Position numbers and translations under genes: made by a program. A DNA stretch of 63,516 nt, filler included, from Craspedostauros australis (Eukaryota): assembly GCA_030167865.1 (NCBI GenBank). It is 20 parts of 20 records of this genome, joined end to end, with 100 filler letters (N's around TTAATTAATTAA, not from the genome) between each part and the next. Parts side by side here need not be neighbours in the genome. Positions count along the whole stretch, not along the records: positions 1 to 14,563 come from JALAGF010000101.1; 19 more parts are not named here. The stretch is one strand, 5' to 3'. Positions 1 to 10,736 of this stretch are shown piece after piece. Numbering within the stretch: the stretch's first letter is position 1; each line of letters begins with the position of its first letter. Below the pieces are notes generated by a model. The model saw only the letters and a program-made list of their open reading frames with translations, searched no databases and was not told the origin of the DNA.

Positions 1-433
1 AGAGGGACACACTAGAGAGAACATCAGAGATTCGGTCTGGCCATCGCCCGGCAAACATGTGATGTCCAATCCGACCTGATATACTTCCCAACTAAACCTG
101 AAATGACAACACACTCGACAACCTCAAGCATCATCAATGGAATGTGGAATCGACAGAGCCATGGAACGGTGATGAGTGACGCCGACACAGAAGACATCAT
201 CGCCACATCATGGGTCATCTCCACATCAGAACAAGATCGCAGAGGTGCAATGACTGAGAGCTGACCTTGAAGACAGGAACATGAGATACAACTCGATGAA
301 GATAACATAGAACCAGAAGTCACTCAACCCAAACAGTGTCTTCACCCAACAGCTCGTCACCCTCATCCTGAAAGACTTGATCTCTCTTGAAGGACTCGTG
401 TGATTTTGCTGTGTACAATTACAAGATAACACA
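1..433. repeat. LTR family B, partial copy
   Basis: Aligns by eye with about 54007-54437 and ends at the same GATAACACA terminus. The flanks diverge immediately afterwards. Confidence 0.7.
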
Positions 434-605
434 GTTTCTGTTACTTGTTACTGTAGTCATTACTAATTGTTGATGAGTGTGCGTGGGGAATGAGATGATC
501 AAGATGCTCTCTTGATCCATCTCTTCCTTGCTCTCATTGCTGGTGCAATACTCTTGCACCTCCATGCACATTGCTCTCCTTGTTGCTCATTGATGTTGTC
601 TTGGT
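434..605. repeat. Dispersed repeat, probably a degraded retroelement internal region; second copy at 38141-38312
   Basis: GTTTCTGTTAC...GAGATGATCAAGATGCTCTCTTGATCCATC...CTTGCACCTCCATGCACATT occurs at both sites. Confidence 0.7.
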
Positions 606-3026
606 TGTTGTTGATCTTGTTGTAATTCTCTTGTTGTCGTGTCATTGTTCCATTCTTGGGTTTCGTTGAATCTGACGATTGATGGAATCTGATGGATCAT
701 TTAAAACATATTTCATTCTCTGTAGATCTGGTAGGTAAGGCCTTGAGGTATTGTCACATGTGATGTATACTTTGGTATCCGCTGGTATTGCGGTATCCTG
801 GCATTGCAGTATCGTGGTGTCCTCGTGGTATTGTTGTGATGTCACCAATTTTGGGTCATGATTGCACCAACAAATATTCCTGATGGCACGCAAGTGTGAC
901 TGATGCATACACATCCGAGTACACACATTTCGACAGATGAATAGTAGTATGAGTGGCAATTCGGTGTCTGTTGTTGATGTGCTGGAGTTTGATGTTGTGT
1001 GGTGTTGTGTTGTTGTCTTGTTCGCATGGTCTCTTCTCTCTCTCTCTCTCTCTCTTTTGTGGTTGCCTGTGTTTGTCTCCTTCTCTTGATCGCACCCTTC
1101 TGATTCGTGTGGGCGGATCTTTCTGTTCCTGGTAGTTCGACTTTGACGTGTGCTGGGTCCGCAACCAGAACACTCCTCAGAGATTCTAGTTAATCGGCTT
1201 AGTCATGGAAGGCGTCCTTTCGTCCGTCCTCCGCTATTTTTCACAAGTCCCACATGACTGCAGTTTCGCTAGCGTGCAACAACAACCAAGCGTGATTGAT
1301 GGCACCCCCGCAAGTGGATGCACGAGGGATCCAAGACTCCAGGACCCTCCAACCCTACTTTTAATTTATGATCATCCCATTGGTAAGCGTATGCTCCAGT
1401 TCACTGATCAAGCTGCTTGGCGAGAGCCAGGTCTTGACCGGGTTCTATGACTGGCAACCAACCAATGCATCTTCCATCTTCTTTCGCCTGTTATCGATGC
1501 GTGAAACCAAGGAGGAGAAAAGCAAGCAAGACCAACATCGTCCTTTCGACCACTGTGGCATTCAGCGCGAAAACATCACTTTGTGCATGCCTCTGTGCCC
1601 TCTCAAATTTGAATGATGCTTGCAATCATAAAATTGAAATCTTTCGCATTAACACACAAACACATACACACACAGAAACAAGTACTTTCAACTTCAGATT
1701 TCACAGATTTGGATCCAAGTCCTCATGCAAATTCGTTGCGACAATGTAAAAAGGACACTCTATACTTCCAAAAAAAACTCAACACACACTTCTCTCCCAG
1801 ACAGACAGACAGCCAAACAAATGCGGAGAACCGTTGGCGGACAGACGTATCAGAACCAAAACAAACACGCACAAGAAGAAGTTGATGAAAATTGACGCAC
1901 TGACACCGACTGAGAACATCTGCTCCAAAATTATCATTGGGGAACATTGACAGATTCTGACGGCATTCAGTGCCACCGCAAGAATGGAGCTGAAAGTGTC
2001 ACGGCAACCCAGTGCACGCGAGCCGCGTCTGTGTGACAGTCAAAACCAAGTTTGGCTGCGAGGTTTGTCGCCAAAGTCAAGGCATGTGACTCCCACGTGA
2101 TCTTGGATAAAGTCGCGTTCTGCTTGTTGGATTCAAACGTGAGTTGTGAGCACTTCGCTTCTTCGACTATGACCAAATCTATGTCGCTCCTTCTCTTTAC
2201 TCGCTCCGCGTTCCACGTCACAAGTATTCTTGTGCGTCGCAGTGATACATCTGGATAGGAGCCCAACAAGCACGTGACGCTACTATTTGTACGTACGTCG
2301 TTGATCACATCATGCTTAGGTTATCTGCTTCTTTGCAGAGTACCGGGTTGTGGACTCCAAAGTATGCAATGGATCCTACTCGCACAAAAACATGTTGGAG
2401 ATTGCGTTGGGTGTCATGTGCTCCAAATCGAGTTCGCTTCACGATTTCCGTGGTTGGCCTTGTGCGAGCGAGAACTGTTGGTCCTTGACAGAGGCACAAC
2501 AAACACACAACGCCAACTGCTCCAATTGCATGACATTTCCACATGTTCGCCATGCCCGTCTCGTTTGTTGTGACGCTGTTGACACAGTTGGCACTTGGAG
2601 ATGGGGTCGTATCAGCAGCCGGACGTGCAGAGGACCAATGGGAGGCGTTCTGACTGACTCGTTGTTGTCCCAGAGGCGGAAGGTTCCCAAGAACGCCACC
2701 AACAACAACAAACGAGAAAATTCTGTGCAACCTGCATCCTTTTCATCGCCTTCGCTTCCTTCGCCTCCACTCTCGCCATTCTCGCCATTCGCATCACCGA
2801 CCGCGTCGCTCTGCTCCACTGATGACCATCACTCTCCACGACTCTCCACGACTCTCTCCATCACTCCCAACAGCACCTTGTCGAAGGGCTGGATAGATCG
2901 TAGTCGCATAGCAGGCCGCACCACACAAGGACTTCCATCCATTAACGTCTCAAAAGACCGCCAGGACAACTGAAACCCAAGTAGAGCATAGCATAGCCAC
3001 CCACGACTACCAATCACCTCTCGACC

Positions 3027-6000
3027 ATGGCCTTCAGCACGTTGCAAGCCATCGACGAGACGAGCGCCATGAGCCTTCGATCCATCCCGGTCGGTTTCTC
3101 ATCCGGCAACGAGTTCTACGATGATGGCTACACGCAATCCGAGATCGATGCGGCTGATCTGCCATCGACCCACCTGAAGCCAGCAGCAGCAGCAGCAGCA
3201 GCAACGCCGTCGGACTCGCCAGCAATAGAACCGACTGCCTCGCAGGAATCTCGCGACGAGGACCGCTTCTTCGGCCGTGACAAAGAGCTGCAGCGGCTCT
3301 GCGACATCCACGCCAGGGTGATGGCCAATTCATCTGCTCATTCAGTCGGCGATCACCAGGCGGCGGCAACTGCGCCTTCTTCTGCTGTGCCCTCCACGGA
3401 GGATGGTGCGCAGGCGAGCGCCGACAAGGGACCGGAGGATGACGAACTGACGCAGTCGTCGTCGCTGGAGCTGACGTGCAACGAGGCAGACCGACGCCCA
3501 ATCTACCCCGCCGTGCTGGTGTGGGGGACGAGCGGCACGGGCAAGTCCATGATGGTCGGTCACTTCCTCAATCGAACATGCTGCACGTGCGGCGTCCGAG
3601 CCCACCAGCATGAACGAACGAAGCGCTCTTGCGATGACAACGGCGCGCACAGCAAGTTGCCATCGACGAAGAATGGAAACAGAAGCCCCCATCCGCGTCA
3701 GAGCTGCTCGTGCTGTTACGTCTTGCGCGGCAAGTACGATGAATACACCGGCAGCAGCGATCCATTCTCGGCCATCGTCCAGGCACTCGATGATTTCGCG
3801 ACGCAGCTGCGGACCGGCCAACCGGAAGAGCTGGAACGTATCCAGCGCCTCGTCGAGGACACCTTCCAAACGCGCGCAGAATCCGAAACGACGCATGCCA
3901 GCAGGGACGCGAAATTCAGCAACTCCGCCATTTCGACGCTCATCGCGGTGGTTCCGTCGCTCGCTGTGCTGCTCACCCAGAACTCCAGACGCAGAGGTAC
4001 GAATGCCGGCAGTTCGGCCCGCGCCAACGCCGACACGAGCGTTCAAGATGACGCCGGCGGTGACACAATCCAAGATCTGTCGAGGTTGATTCGAGAAAAT
4101 GGCTCGGCGAACATGAACACGACGAGCTCGTGGAACCGGCTGCGCTACATCTTCCTGCAATTCATGAATGCCATCTCGACGCCAGAACGACCGGTCTATC
4201 TGTTCCTGGATGACTTGCAATGGTCGTCCTCCGCTGCTCTCGAACTCTTGGCAACCATGATCGCAGACCCAAGGCTCAAAAACCTCATGTTCATCGGCGC
4301 CATCCGACAGGAGACGGACTTGCACAATCACCTCGCCATGGAGCTTTCGTCCGACGCTCCCTTGCGCAAGTACTTCTTGGATGTCCTCTCGCACAAGGAA
4401 CAGACGCAACCTGTGGAAATGAGCCTCAGCATCACGAGCAGCGATGCAGGCAGCATCTTGCTGGAGGATTCCAGGCACCTCGAGCAGATCATGGTAGACA
4501 ACTTTTCGGCACGCGAAGTCGCGGAGTGGCTGTCGAACCTCTTCGACCGTCCCTGCGACGACAGCGACCTTCAGCTGCTGTCCAACAAGATTCACAAAAA
4601 GACGCGCGGCAACTTGCACTTCACGCTGCAGGCCATCGAGGAATTGAAACGCATGAACATACTCTTCTTCAGCCGCATCTCGTTTCGCTGGGAGTGGACC
4701 TTGGGAGAGTACGCCAGACCAGGTGCCGACCTTCCCGTCAGCGACAACATCGTCGCCGCCATCGAATCGCAGCTCAAGGAATTGCCGCAGGATCTGCAGC
4801 ATATCCTCTCCGTCGCGGCATACATCCGATCGGCCTTCAACTTGCGCTTGCTGCTCGCCGTCTTGCGGTACATCGACGAAGCGGGCGGCATCGAGTGGAC
4901 GTACGAGAGCAGCAGCATTGCCACGAACAGTCACACGGACACGTCCGATCCGAGCAAGCAGAAGCGAGCGTCGACAATGACGTCATCATGGACAATGGGC
5001 AGACTGTCGCGAATTCTGGAACAGGCTGTTTTGGAGAACCTCGTCGTCAACACGATCGGTGAAAGCATCTATCGCTTCGTTCACGACCGCGTTCAGCAAG
5101 CCGCGCAGGGATTGATTCCGTACGGCGAGATCCGCGACAAGCTCAGGACGCACATCGGCCATTGCTTGCTGGGCCTGCATCGCAGGATGGACAGCAGCGA
5201 TAACTCCGTCTCCGAAGACGGCAATGGAGCAGATTCCACCGTCAGCACGGGAACCAACGGCGACAGCGAAACCGGCGCACCTTCGCACGGTTCCTTCTTG
5301 CACAAACAGCAGCGCGACAGAGAGCATAACAACCAATCGATGACATTGAGCTCGCACTCCGCGACACGCAGGAGCAGGGTGTCCGACACGTCCAAGGCAA
5401 ACCAGAGAGAGGGAAGCAGCTTGCTTTTCATCGCGGCCGATCATCTCAACAGCGTCCCCACCAAGGAACATCTCTTCCTCGTTCATTTGAACGTCGAAGT
5501 CGGAGAGCGAGCTCTCGAGATGGCAGCCCTGGCACCTGCCGCGATGTACCTGCAGAGAGCGGGCAACGCATTGCGCAAGGTGCGAAAGCCATGGAAGGAG
5601 CATCATGACGTGTGCCTCCGCCTCTTTCGATCGCGGTCAGAAGTCGAGCTGTCGTTGGGTCACTTTGAGATGGGATACAGCCTCGGCCACGAGCTCATCA
5701 AGCAGTCGCAGTCGCTGGATGAGAAGCTGGCAACGTGCTTGTCCATGGCGAACGCACTCGGACGGCAAAGCAGGAATGCGGAGTCGTTATCGTTGGGTCT
5801 GTCTGTCATGCGCCAGATCGGGGGGTTCCCCAACCGATTCTACCTGTTCCACATCATGAGGGATCTGAAGAAGATCAAAGCCTTCCTCAAGTCCAAAACG
5901 AACGAGCAAATCATCAATCTGCCATTTCAACGCGACTACCAAAAGGTGATGACCATACAGTTCACCATGCAGATTGGACTCCGATCGTTCTTCGCGGGTG

Positions 6001-7457
6001 ACTTCACGCAGTGGCTCCTCTACCTGCTCAAGTCGGTCCGCCTGACGATGCGGCATGGTATCTGCGAAGAGTCAGCCATGGCATTCACCGTCCTTGGTGT
6101 GTTTTGGAACTCCACAAACGAAGATCACGCCTTGGTGAAGCGATGTGTGGATATCTCGCTGAGGCTCCTCGAGAGGACCCAAGGAACGAAACTCGCAGGG
6201 TGGATCTATGCCACCTCGTGCTTCAGCATTTACAGCTTCAACCAACCAGTCGAGATGAGTCTGGACAATCACAGGAAGGGATATGCCATTGCCATGGAGG
6301 CGGGGGAATTCGAGCAAGGGATGATGAATCAAATCATTCACGACAGCATGGTGTTTTGCACTGGAGACAACTTGCTCAAGTTCATCAAGGTTGCAGAAGA
6401 CACAGCCCAGCAGTGCAAGACGTACAACATCATGGCATTGCATGGAACCGCCGCTGTTCTGCTAGCAAACGTACGCTGCTTAATCGGAGAGCAGGCAATT
6501 GACTGGGATGAACTCCACAACTGCTCCATGCGAGACCTCAAGAAGAATCCACCATCTGCAGCCGACGTCACCACGCTGGGCCAAATATACTTCAATCACG
6601 CGTTCCTCGCGGCCATGTTCAGGAAGTACAAAATGGCGCACCGCCTCGCCACGATCTTCTGCGAGCTGACGAAGCAAAATGCAGGTTTTTCGTTTGTGAC
6701 CATCCGTGGCATCTCAATGGGACTTGCCTCGGCCGGAATGTACCGAGAAACCAAAAAGCGCAAGTACGCGCGCGAATTGAAGGCGCAGATCAAGGTGCTC
6801 GAGTCCTACATCGCCAACAGGGCGGACAACCTGAACGGCCTTTTCCGCTTGCTGCATGCCGAACAGCTTTCGCTGAGGGACACAAAATCGTACCACGGAG
6901 CGATCCATCAGACCCAGGAGGCCTATGACATCGCCATCGCGGTCTGTGAACGGTCGTCGTTGACGCATTTCTGTGCAATGGCATGCGAATTGGCGGGCGA
7001 GTATCTGCTGCGAATGCTAACCACTCTGTCGACGACCAACAACGATGACAGCAAATACCGGGTACAGCAGAGGAAGGCGAAGCTGAACAATGACATCCGA
7101 AAATACATGGCGCAGGCCATTGCATTCTACACCGAGTGGGGATGCATGGCGAAGGTGAAGGACATCAAGGAGAGGAGGTCGGAGTACTTGTCACAAGAAC
7201 CGCTGAACTCTGACGGCCATGGTACCCGCTCTGCCAAGGAGAGGCAGGCAGCAGGCCTCCTGGGCATGGGGTACGATTCTCAGAACCCATTCAGCAGGCA
7301 GTTCGGAAGGGACGCCAATGCGCAGACTGGAACGAACGTTAGCCCCATGATTGGAAGCGCCATCACGTTCAATGGGAACGTACCGTCGGTCAACGTCGCT
7401 GGTCGACTGGGGAACTACGTGGAAAGCGATGGTGTCTCAGTCCTGTCCGATTTGTGA
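3027..7457 (+). CDS. STAND/AAA_16-type P-loop ATPase with helical TPR-like C-terminal region (1476 aa)
   Basis: FFGRDKEL, Walker A GTSGTGKS, Walker B YLFLDDLQW, KTRGNLHF and YRFVHDRVQQAA motifs. These match the ATPase core of bacterial Ser/Thr kinase-ATPase-histidine kinase hybrids. The ORF is intact and intronless. Confidence 0.85.
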   Translation: MAFSTLQAIDETSAMSLRSIPVGFSSGNEFYDDGYTQSEIDAADLPSTHLKPAAAAAAATPSDSPAIEPTASQESRDEDRFFGRDKELQRLCDIHARVMANSSAHSVGDHQAAATAPSSAVPSTEDGAQASADKGPEDDELTQSSSLELTCNEADRRPIYPAVLVWGTSGTGKSMMVGHFLNRTCCTCGVRAHQHERTKRSCDDNGAHSKLPSTKNGNRSPHPRQSCSCCYVLRGKYDEYTGSSDPFSAIVQALDDFATQLRTGQPEELERIQRLVEDTFQTRAESETTHASRDAKFSNSAISTLIAVVPSLAVLLTQNSRRRGTNAGSSARANADTSVQDDAGGDTIQDLSRLIRENGSANMNTTSSWNRLRYIFLQFMNAISTPERPVYLFLDDLQWSSSAALELLATMIADPRLKNLMFIGAIRQETDLHNHLAMELSSDAPLRKYFLDVLSHKEQTQPVEMSLSITSSDAGSILLEDSRHLEQIMVDNFSAREVAEWLSNLFDRPCDDSDLQLLSNKIHKKTRGNLHFTLQAIEELKRMNILFFSRISFRWEWTLGEYARPGADLPVSDNIVAAIESQLKELPQDLQHILSVAAYIRSAFNLRLLLAVLRYIDEAGGIEWTYESSSIATNSHTDTSDPSKQKRASTMTSSWTMGRLSRILEQAVLENLVVNTIGESIYRFVHDRVQQAAQGLIPYGEIRDKLRTHIGHCLLGLHRRMDSSDNSVSEDGNGADSTVSTGTNGDSETGAPSHGSFLHKQQRDREHNNQSMTLSSHSATRRSRVSDTSKANQREGSSLLFIAADHLNSVPTKEHLFLVHLNVEVGERALEMAALAPAAMYLQRAGNALRKVRKPWKEHHDVCLRLFRSRSEVELSLGHFEMGYSLGHELIKQSQSLDEKLATCLSMANALGRQSRNAESLSLGLSVMRQIGGFPNRFYLFHIMRDLKKIKAFLKSKTNEQIINLPFQRDYQKVMTIQFTMQIGLRSFFAGDFTQWLLYLLKSVRLTMRHGICEESAMAFTVLGVFWNSTNEDHALVKRCVDISLRLLERTQGTKLAGWIYATSCFSIYSFNQPVEMSLDNHRKGYAIAMEAGEFEQGMMNQIIHDSMVFCTGDNLLKFIKVAEDTAQQCKTYNIMALHGTAAVLLANVRCLIGEQAIDWDELHNCSMRDLKKNPPSAADVTTLGQIYFNHAFLAAMFRKYKMAHRLATIFCELTKQNAGFSFVTIRGISMGLASAGMYRETKKRKYARELKAQIKVLESYIANRADNLNGLFRLLHAEQLSLRDTKSYHGAIHQTQEAYDIAIAVCERSSLTHFCAMACELAGEYLLRMLTTLSTTNNDDSKYRVQQRKAKLNNDIRKYMAQAIAFYTEWGCMAKVKDIKERRSEYLSQEPLNSDGHGTRSAKERQAAGLLGMGYDSQNPFSRQFGRDANAQTGTNVSPMIGSAITFNGNVPSVNVAGRLGNYVESDGVSVLSDL

Positions 7458-7904
7458 GAATGCGCCACTTCGTCGAAAGAAAAATATTGGCGCACGCACG
7501 AGGATTAGTTCAGGTGTGGGTTCGGAAGTGTTTGCTGTCTGCTGCGAGTACGATGCTCTCTCAGAGGAGAGACGCTCCGCAATGCTCTTGGGATATGTAA
7601 GAATAGTGTAGATCTCAATAACAACATCACATCATCATTGTGCAATGATTAGAGAAGAAGATCGCGCCTTACGTCCTCCTGCGCCTTTTCGTGTCTTCGT
7701 TTGATTCGGCATTCATGATATCTAGTTTCGTTTGTACGCTTTCATTTGCCTTTTTAGTCCACTGAGTCGACATATTTTTGGCGCGAAAAACCACCACAGC
7801 CATCCAATCAACAAACGAATCGCACAACTTCCCACAACCCCCATCACATGTGATGCCATGGCGACGCAACTTGCGAAGCAACGACGGCACCACCAAAGCA
7901 AGCA

Positions 7905-9869
7905 ATGATAGCGACGACGACAAGGACGATGAAGACGTGCAGCCGCTCCGTCGTCGCCGCCCTCCTCGTCTCCAAGTCACATCTCTGCACCAGACCGCTG
8001 CTCGTGAGGTGTCTATCGACCATCCAACGGCCTTCCTCCAAAAGCAGCCGCGACGGTTTGCATCCGCAGCGGTTTCCGATGGTTGTGGATGAAGTGACGA
8101 GACTCGCGCAGCACCCTGCTGTCAATTGGAATGAATCTGCGTCCCTGTCCAATTCCAGGAAGAAGCTGAAGCCGAGGCATCGCCATCTATTCCAACCTTT
8201 CGAAGGCGTCGATGGGCAGCCATCAAAGCACAGGCACGCCAATGCGACCATATCACCACCAGCGACGGATGCGGTCGATTCTCCTCGATCGGATCTGGAT
8301 TCTCTGTTCGACAAGTTCGCGCTCACATTGTGTGGAGCCCAATGCGTCCCGCGCAAGGAACTGTTCGAGACGTGGGCAGCGGCGTTGTACATTTACGATC
8401 ACTACTTCATGTCAGGAGAAGTCCGCGAGACCCAAGCGAGCATCACAGCTCCTTCCATCGACAGCGCAAACACTGCAACGGATGATGGCACAGCTGCGAA
8501 TGAAAACGCGGACGCTGTGGCTCCTCTCGCGCAAGAAGCATCCATGCCGCACGTGAGACGCATCTGCGACGTTGCCGGTGGCCATGGTTTACTGGCATGG
8601 GCGTTGCTCGTGCTCGACGATTATCACCTCCAAGCACGAGTACATGATGGCCGTGTATCACTTGCGAATCACACAGATGAGGAAAGCGTTGCCAAGAAAT
8701 GCGCGAGCAGCCATACGAGTACACGGCCATTGACAGCCTTCTGCCTTGACGCCAAGATGCCCAAATCAGCCGATGCCATCGAAGCGGTCATGCTCAACAC
8801 CTGGCCGCAGCTGGCTGGTCGATTTGACTTCGTGGAGGCTCGTTTGGAACAGCTGCGTCCCCACCCATCCTGCCTCATGGTGGCAGTGCATGCATGTGGC
8901 ACGCTTTCTGATCTGCTGGTGGGGATAGCAGCCACGACGCAGTCCCCGCTGGCGCTTGTTCCCTGCTGTCACACAAGGAAAAAGAAGAGGCTGGAACGAA
9001 TCGCACAAATGTCGACCATGAAGGATGAGTACACAGCCATTATGGAGGTGCCAGCCAGCGAACCCATTCCCGACTTGGGCGATCGATTGGATGGGATACG
9101 GATGGGTGTGCTGGAGAAGTCCGGGTTTGATGTCTGCACGCAGCATCTCCCCGCCGAGTTCACAGGTCGGACGAGAGTCATTCTGGGATCGCCAGAAGCT
9201 GCAACCGCAGTTGCTGGTGAGGCGCAAAGTATCGACGCCGACTACTTTTGGGGAAAGCCTGCGACATCGCGCGATACATCCATCACAGGCATCAACGGCA
9301 GCAGTAGCAGCCGCGGTGGTGGTGGTGGTATCGTCCCAAGGAAAGGGAGGATGGTGCCCCCGGCGCCGCCGCAGAAGCAAAGCGCGAAGGAGAAATTCTT
9401 GAGGATGTTCGATGTCCCCTGCGAAGATTCGGACGAAGGCAGAGACACAGTGAAGCAGCTCGCCGGGCGCGACAGGGCCAATCAGCGCAGGCAGGCGCTG
9501 CAGCGCAAAGGCAACGGCAATGCTCCTCGGCTCGACATGTCCATGTTCCTGCCATCGATGGGACCAGGTGCCGCAAGATCTATGGAGGATTGGGAGAAAC
9601 TGTTGCAGTCCACAGCGCATGATGCACACAGTCGCATGGCCGGCGGCGATGCTGTTGCTGGCGGCAGTCGCTTGCAATGCGTGGTGGCGAAGCACGGGGA
9701 TCCATTCACCGAACCAAACTCGGGCCGGATATCGCAAACATTCCGGTTCGAGTATTACATCGACATCGAGAAGAGCATTCCCTTCACGGACGAGGATGCC
9801 AAGCAATTCCACGCAGCGCTCTACGACGAGATTCAAAAGGCCATTCCCGAAGTGGAGACCAGAAAGTGA
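7905..9869 (+). CDS. SAM-dependent methyltransferase with a C-terminal ferredoxin-fold anticodon-binding (FDX-ACB)-like domain; start may be the ATG at 7929
   Basis: ICDVAGGHGLLA (SAM motif I), AVHACGTLSD and LVPCCH. The C-terminal RLDMSMFLP...DPFTEPNSGRISQTFRFEY...FTDEDAKQFH resembles FDX-ACB. Confidence 0.75.
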   Translation: MIATTTRTMKTCSRSVVAALLVSKSHLCTRPLLVRCLSTIQRPSSKSSRDGLHPQRFPMVVDEVTRLAQHPAVNWNESASLSNSRKKLKPRHRHLFQPFEGVDGQPSKHRHANATISPPATDAVDSPRSDLDSLFDKFALTLCGAQCVPRKELFETWAAALYIYDHYFMSGEVRETQASITAPSIDSANTATDDGTAANENADAVAPLAQEASMPHVRRICDVAGGHGLLAWALLVLDDYHLQARVHDGRVSLANHTDEESVAKKCASSHTSTRPLTAFCLDAKMPKSADAIEAVMLNTWPQLAGRFDFVEARLEQLRPHPSCLMVAVHACGTLSDLLVGIAATTQSPLALVPCCHTRKKKRLERIAQMSTMKDEYTAIMEVPASEPIPDLGDRLDGIRMGVLEKSGFDVCTQHLPAEFTGRTRVILGSPEAATAVAGEAQSIDADYFWGKPATSRDTSITGINGSSSSRGGGGGIVPRKGRMVPPAPPQKQSAKEKFLRMFDVPCEDSDEGRDTVKQLAGRDRANQRRQALQRKGNGNAPRLDMSMFLPSMGPGAARSMEDWEKLLQSTAHDAHSRMAGGDAVAGGSRLQCVVAKHGDPFTEPNSGRISQTFRFEYYIDIEKSIPFTDEDAKQFHAALYDEIQKAIPEVETRK

Positions 9870-10736
9870 CTTTGACTCGTGGCGATGGCAATGATGAATA
9901 CTACAGCAAAGCACAGTAAACCGTATTAGCGTCAATACGGGCATGTGGGCTGCATCATTGTACGAGTAATCAATCCATTGTAATAGTGTGTTTGATTGAT
10001 GCTTCTCGACTCTAAGAGTCGCTAGAGACGGGGGTTGATTGGACGGCAGGTGCTGGGGAAGTCTCCGAAAGCAATATCTTGGTTGGATTCCGTAGCCACT
10101 TGCTTCAGTGAAATGGAGAAGGGCGTGTTCTTCGCGATCTGATCCATGACCACGAAATGCCCCAACCAAACAGCGAACACATCAGACGCGCTTTTGGGTA
10201 TCACGATGACCTTGTTGCGCGAAACCATCACGCACAAGAGCGAACCAGCACAGTCGCAGGAGCTCCGCAATTGCAACGACGCGGAGAAGGGAAAAGCGTC
10301 CGATGCAGTGAGGGTCGCCAGTTCCCTTCCGCCACCATCTGGGAAGTTGTTGATGAAACTGATGTCCCGCTTGCTTCGCAGTTATCGATCCACGAGTACG
10401 AACACGAGCACGAGTACAAATACGAACACGAGTGCGATCAATGCAACAACAACAACATCGGCAGCTGACGTGCTCGTTGCGCTTCTCCAGGACCCCACCT
10501 ACTGTTGTTGATCTCCTGTGGTCTCGGCTCCATCCTCATCATCACCCACGGTCCATCCAACAACGTTTGTCACGCCGGAGAAGTGAGTCTAACACCCAAC
10601 AACGCCCATCCCGAACCAGATCTGCGGAGCAGCGCAGCACAAACCGTCGCGCCCATCTCCCAAGGCTTCCCTGCCCCGCAGTTCCTGCCCCATCCTTTCC
10701 CATTCCAGGCATTGCTGCTGTCGACTCCGCATCATC

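Noticed and set aside
3342..4934. Long antisense ORFs (530 aa here; also 8766-10169, 14818-16287, 18392-19273 and 43678-44789)
   Set aside because: They are shadows of GC3-rich or repetitive sense genes and show no motifs.
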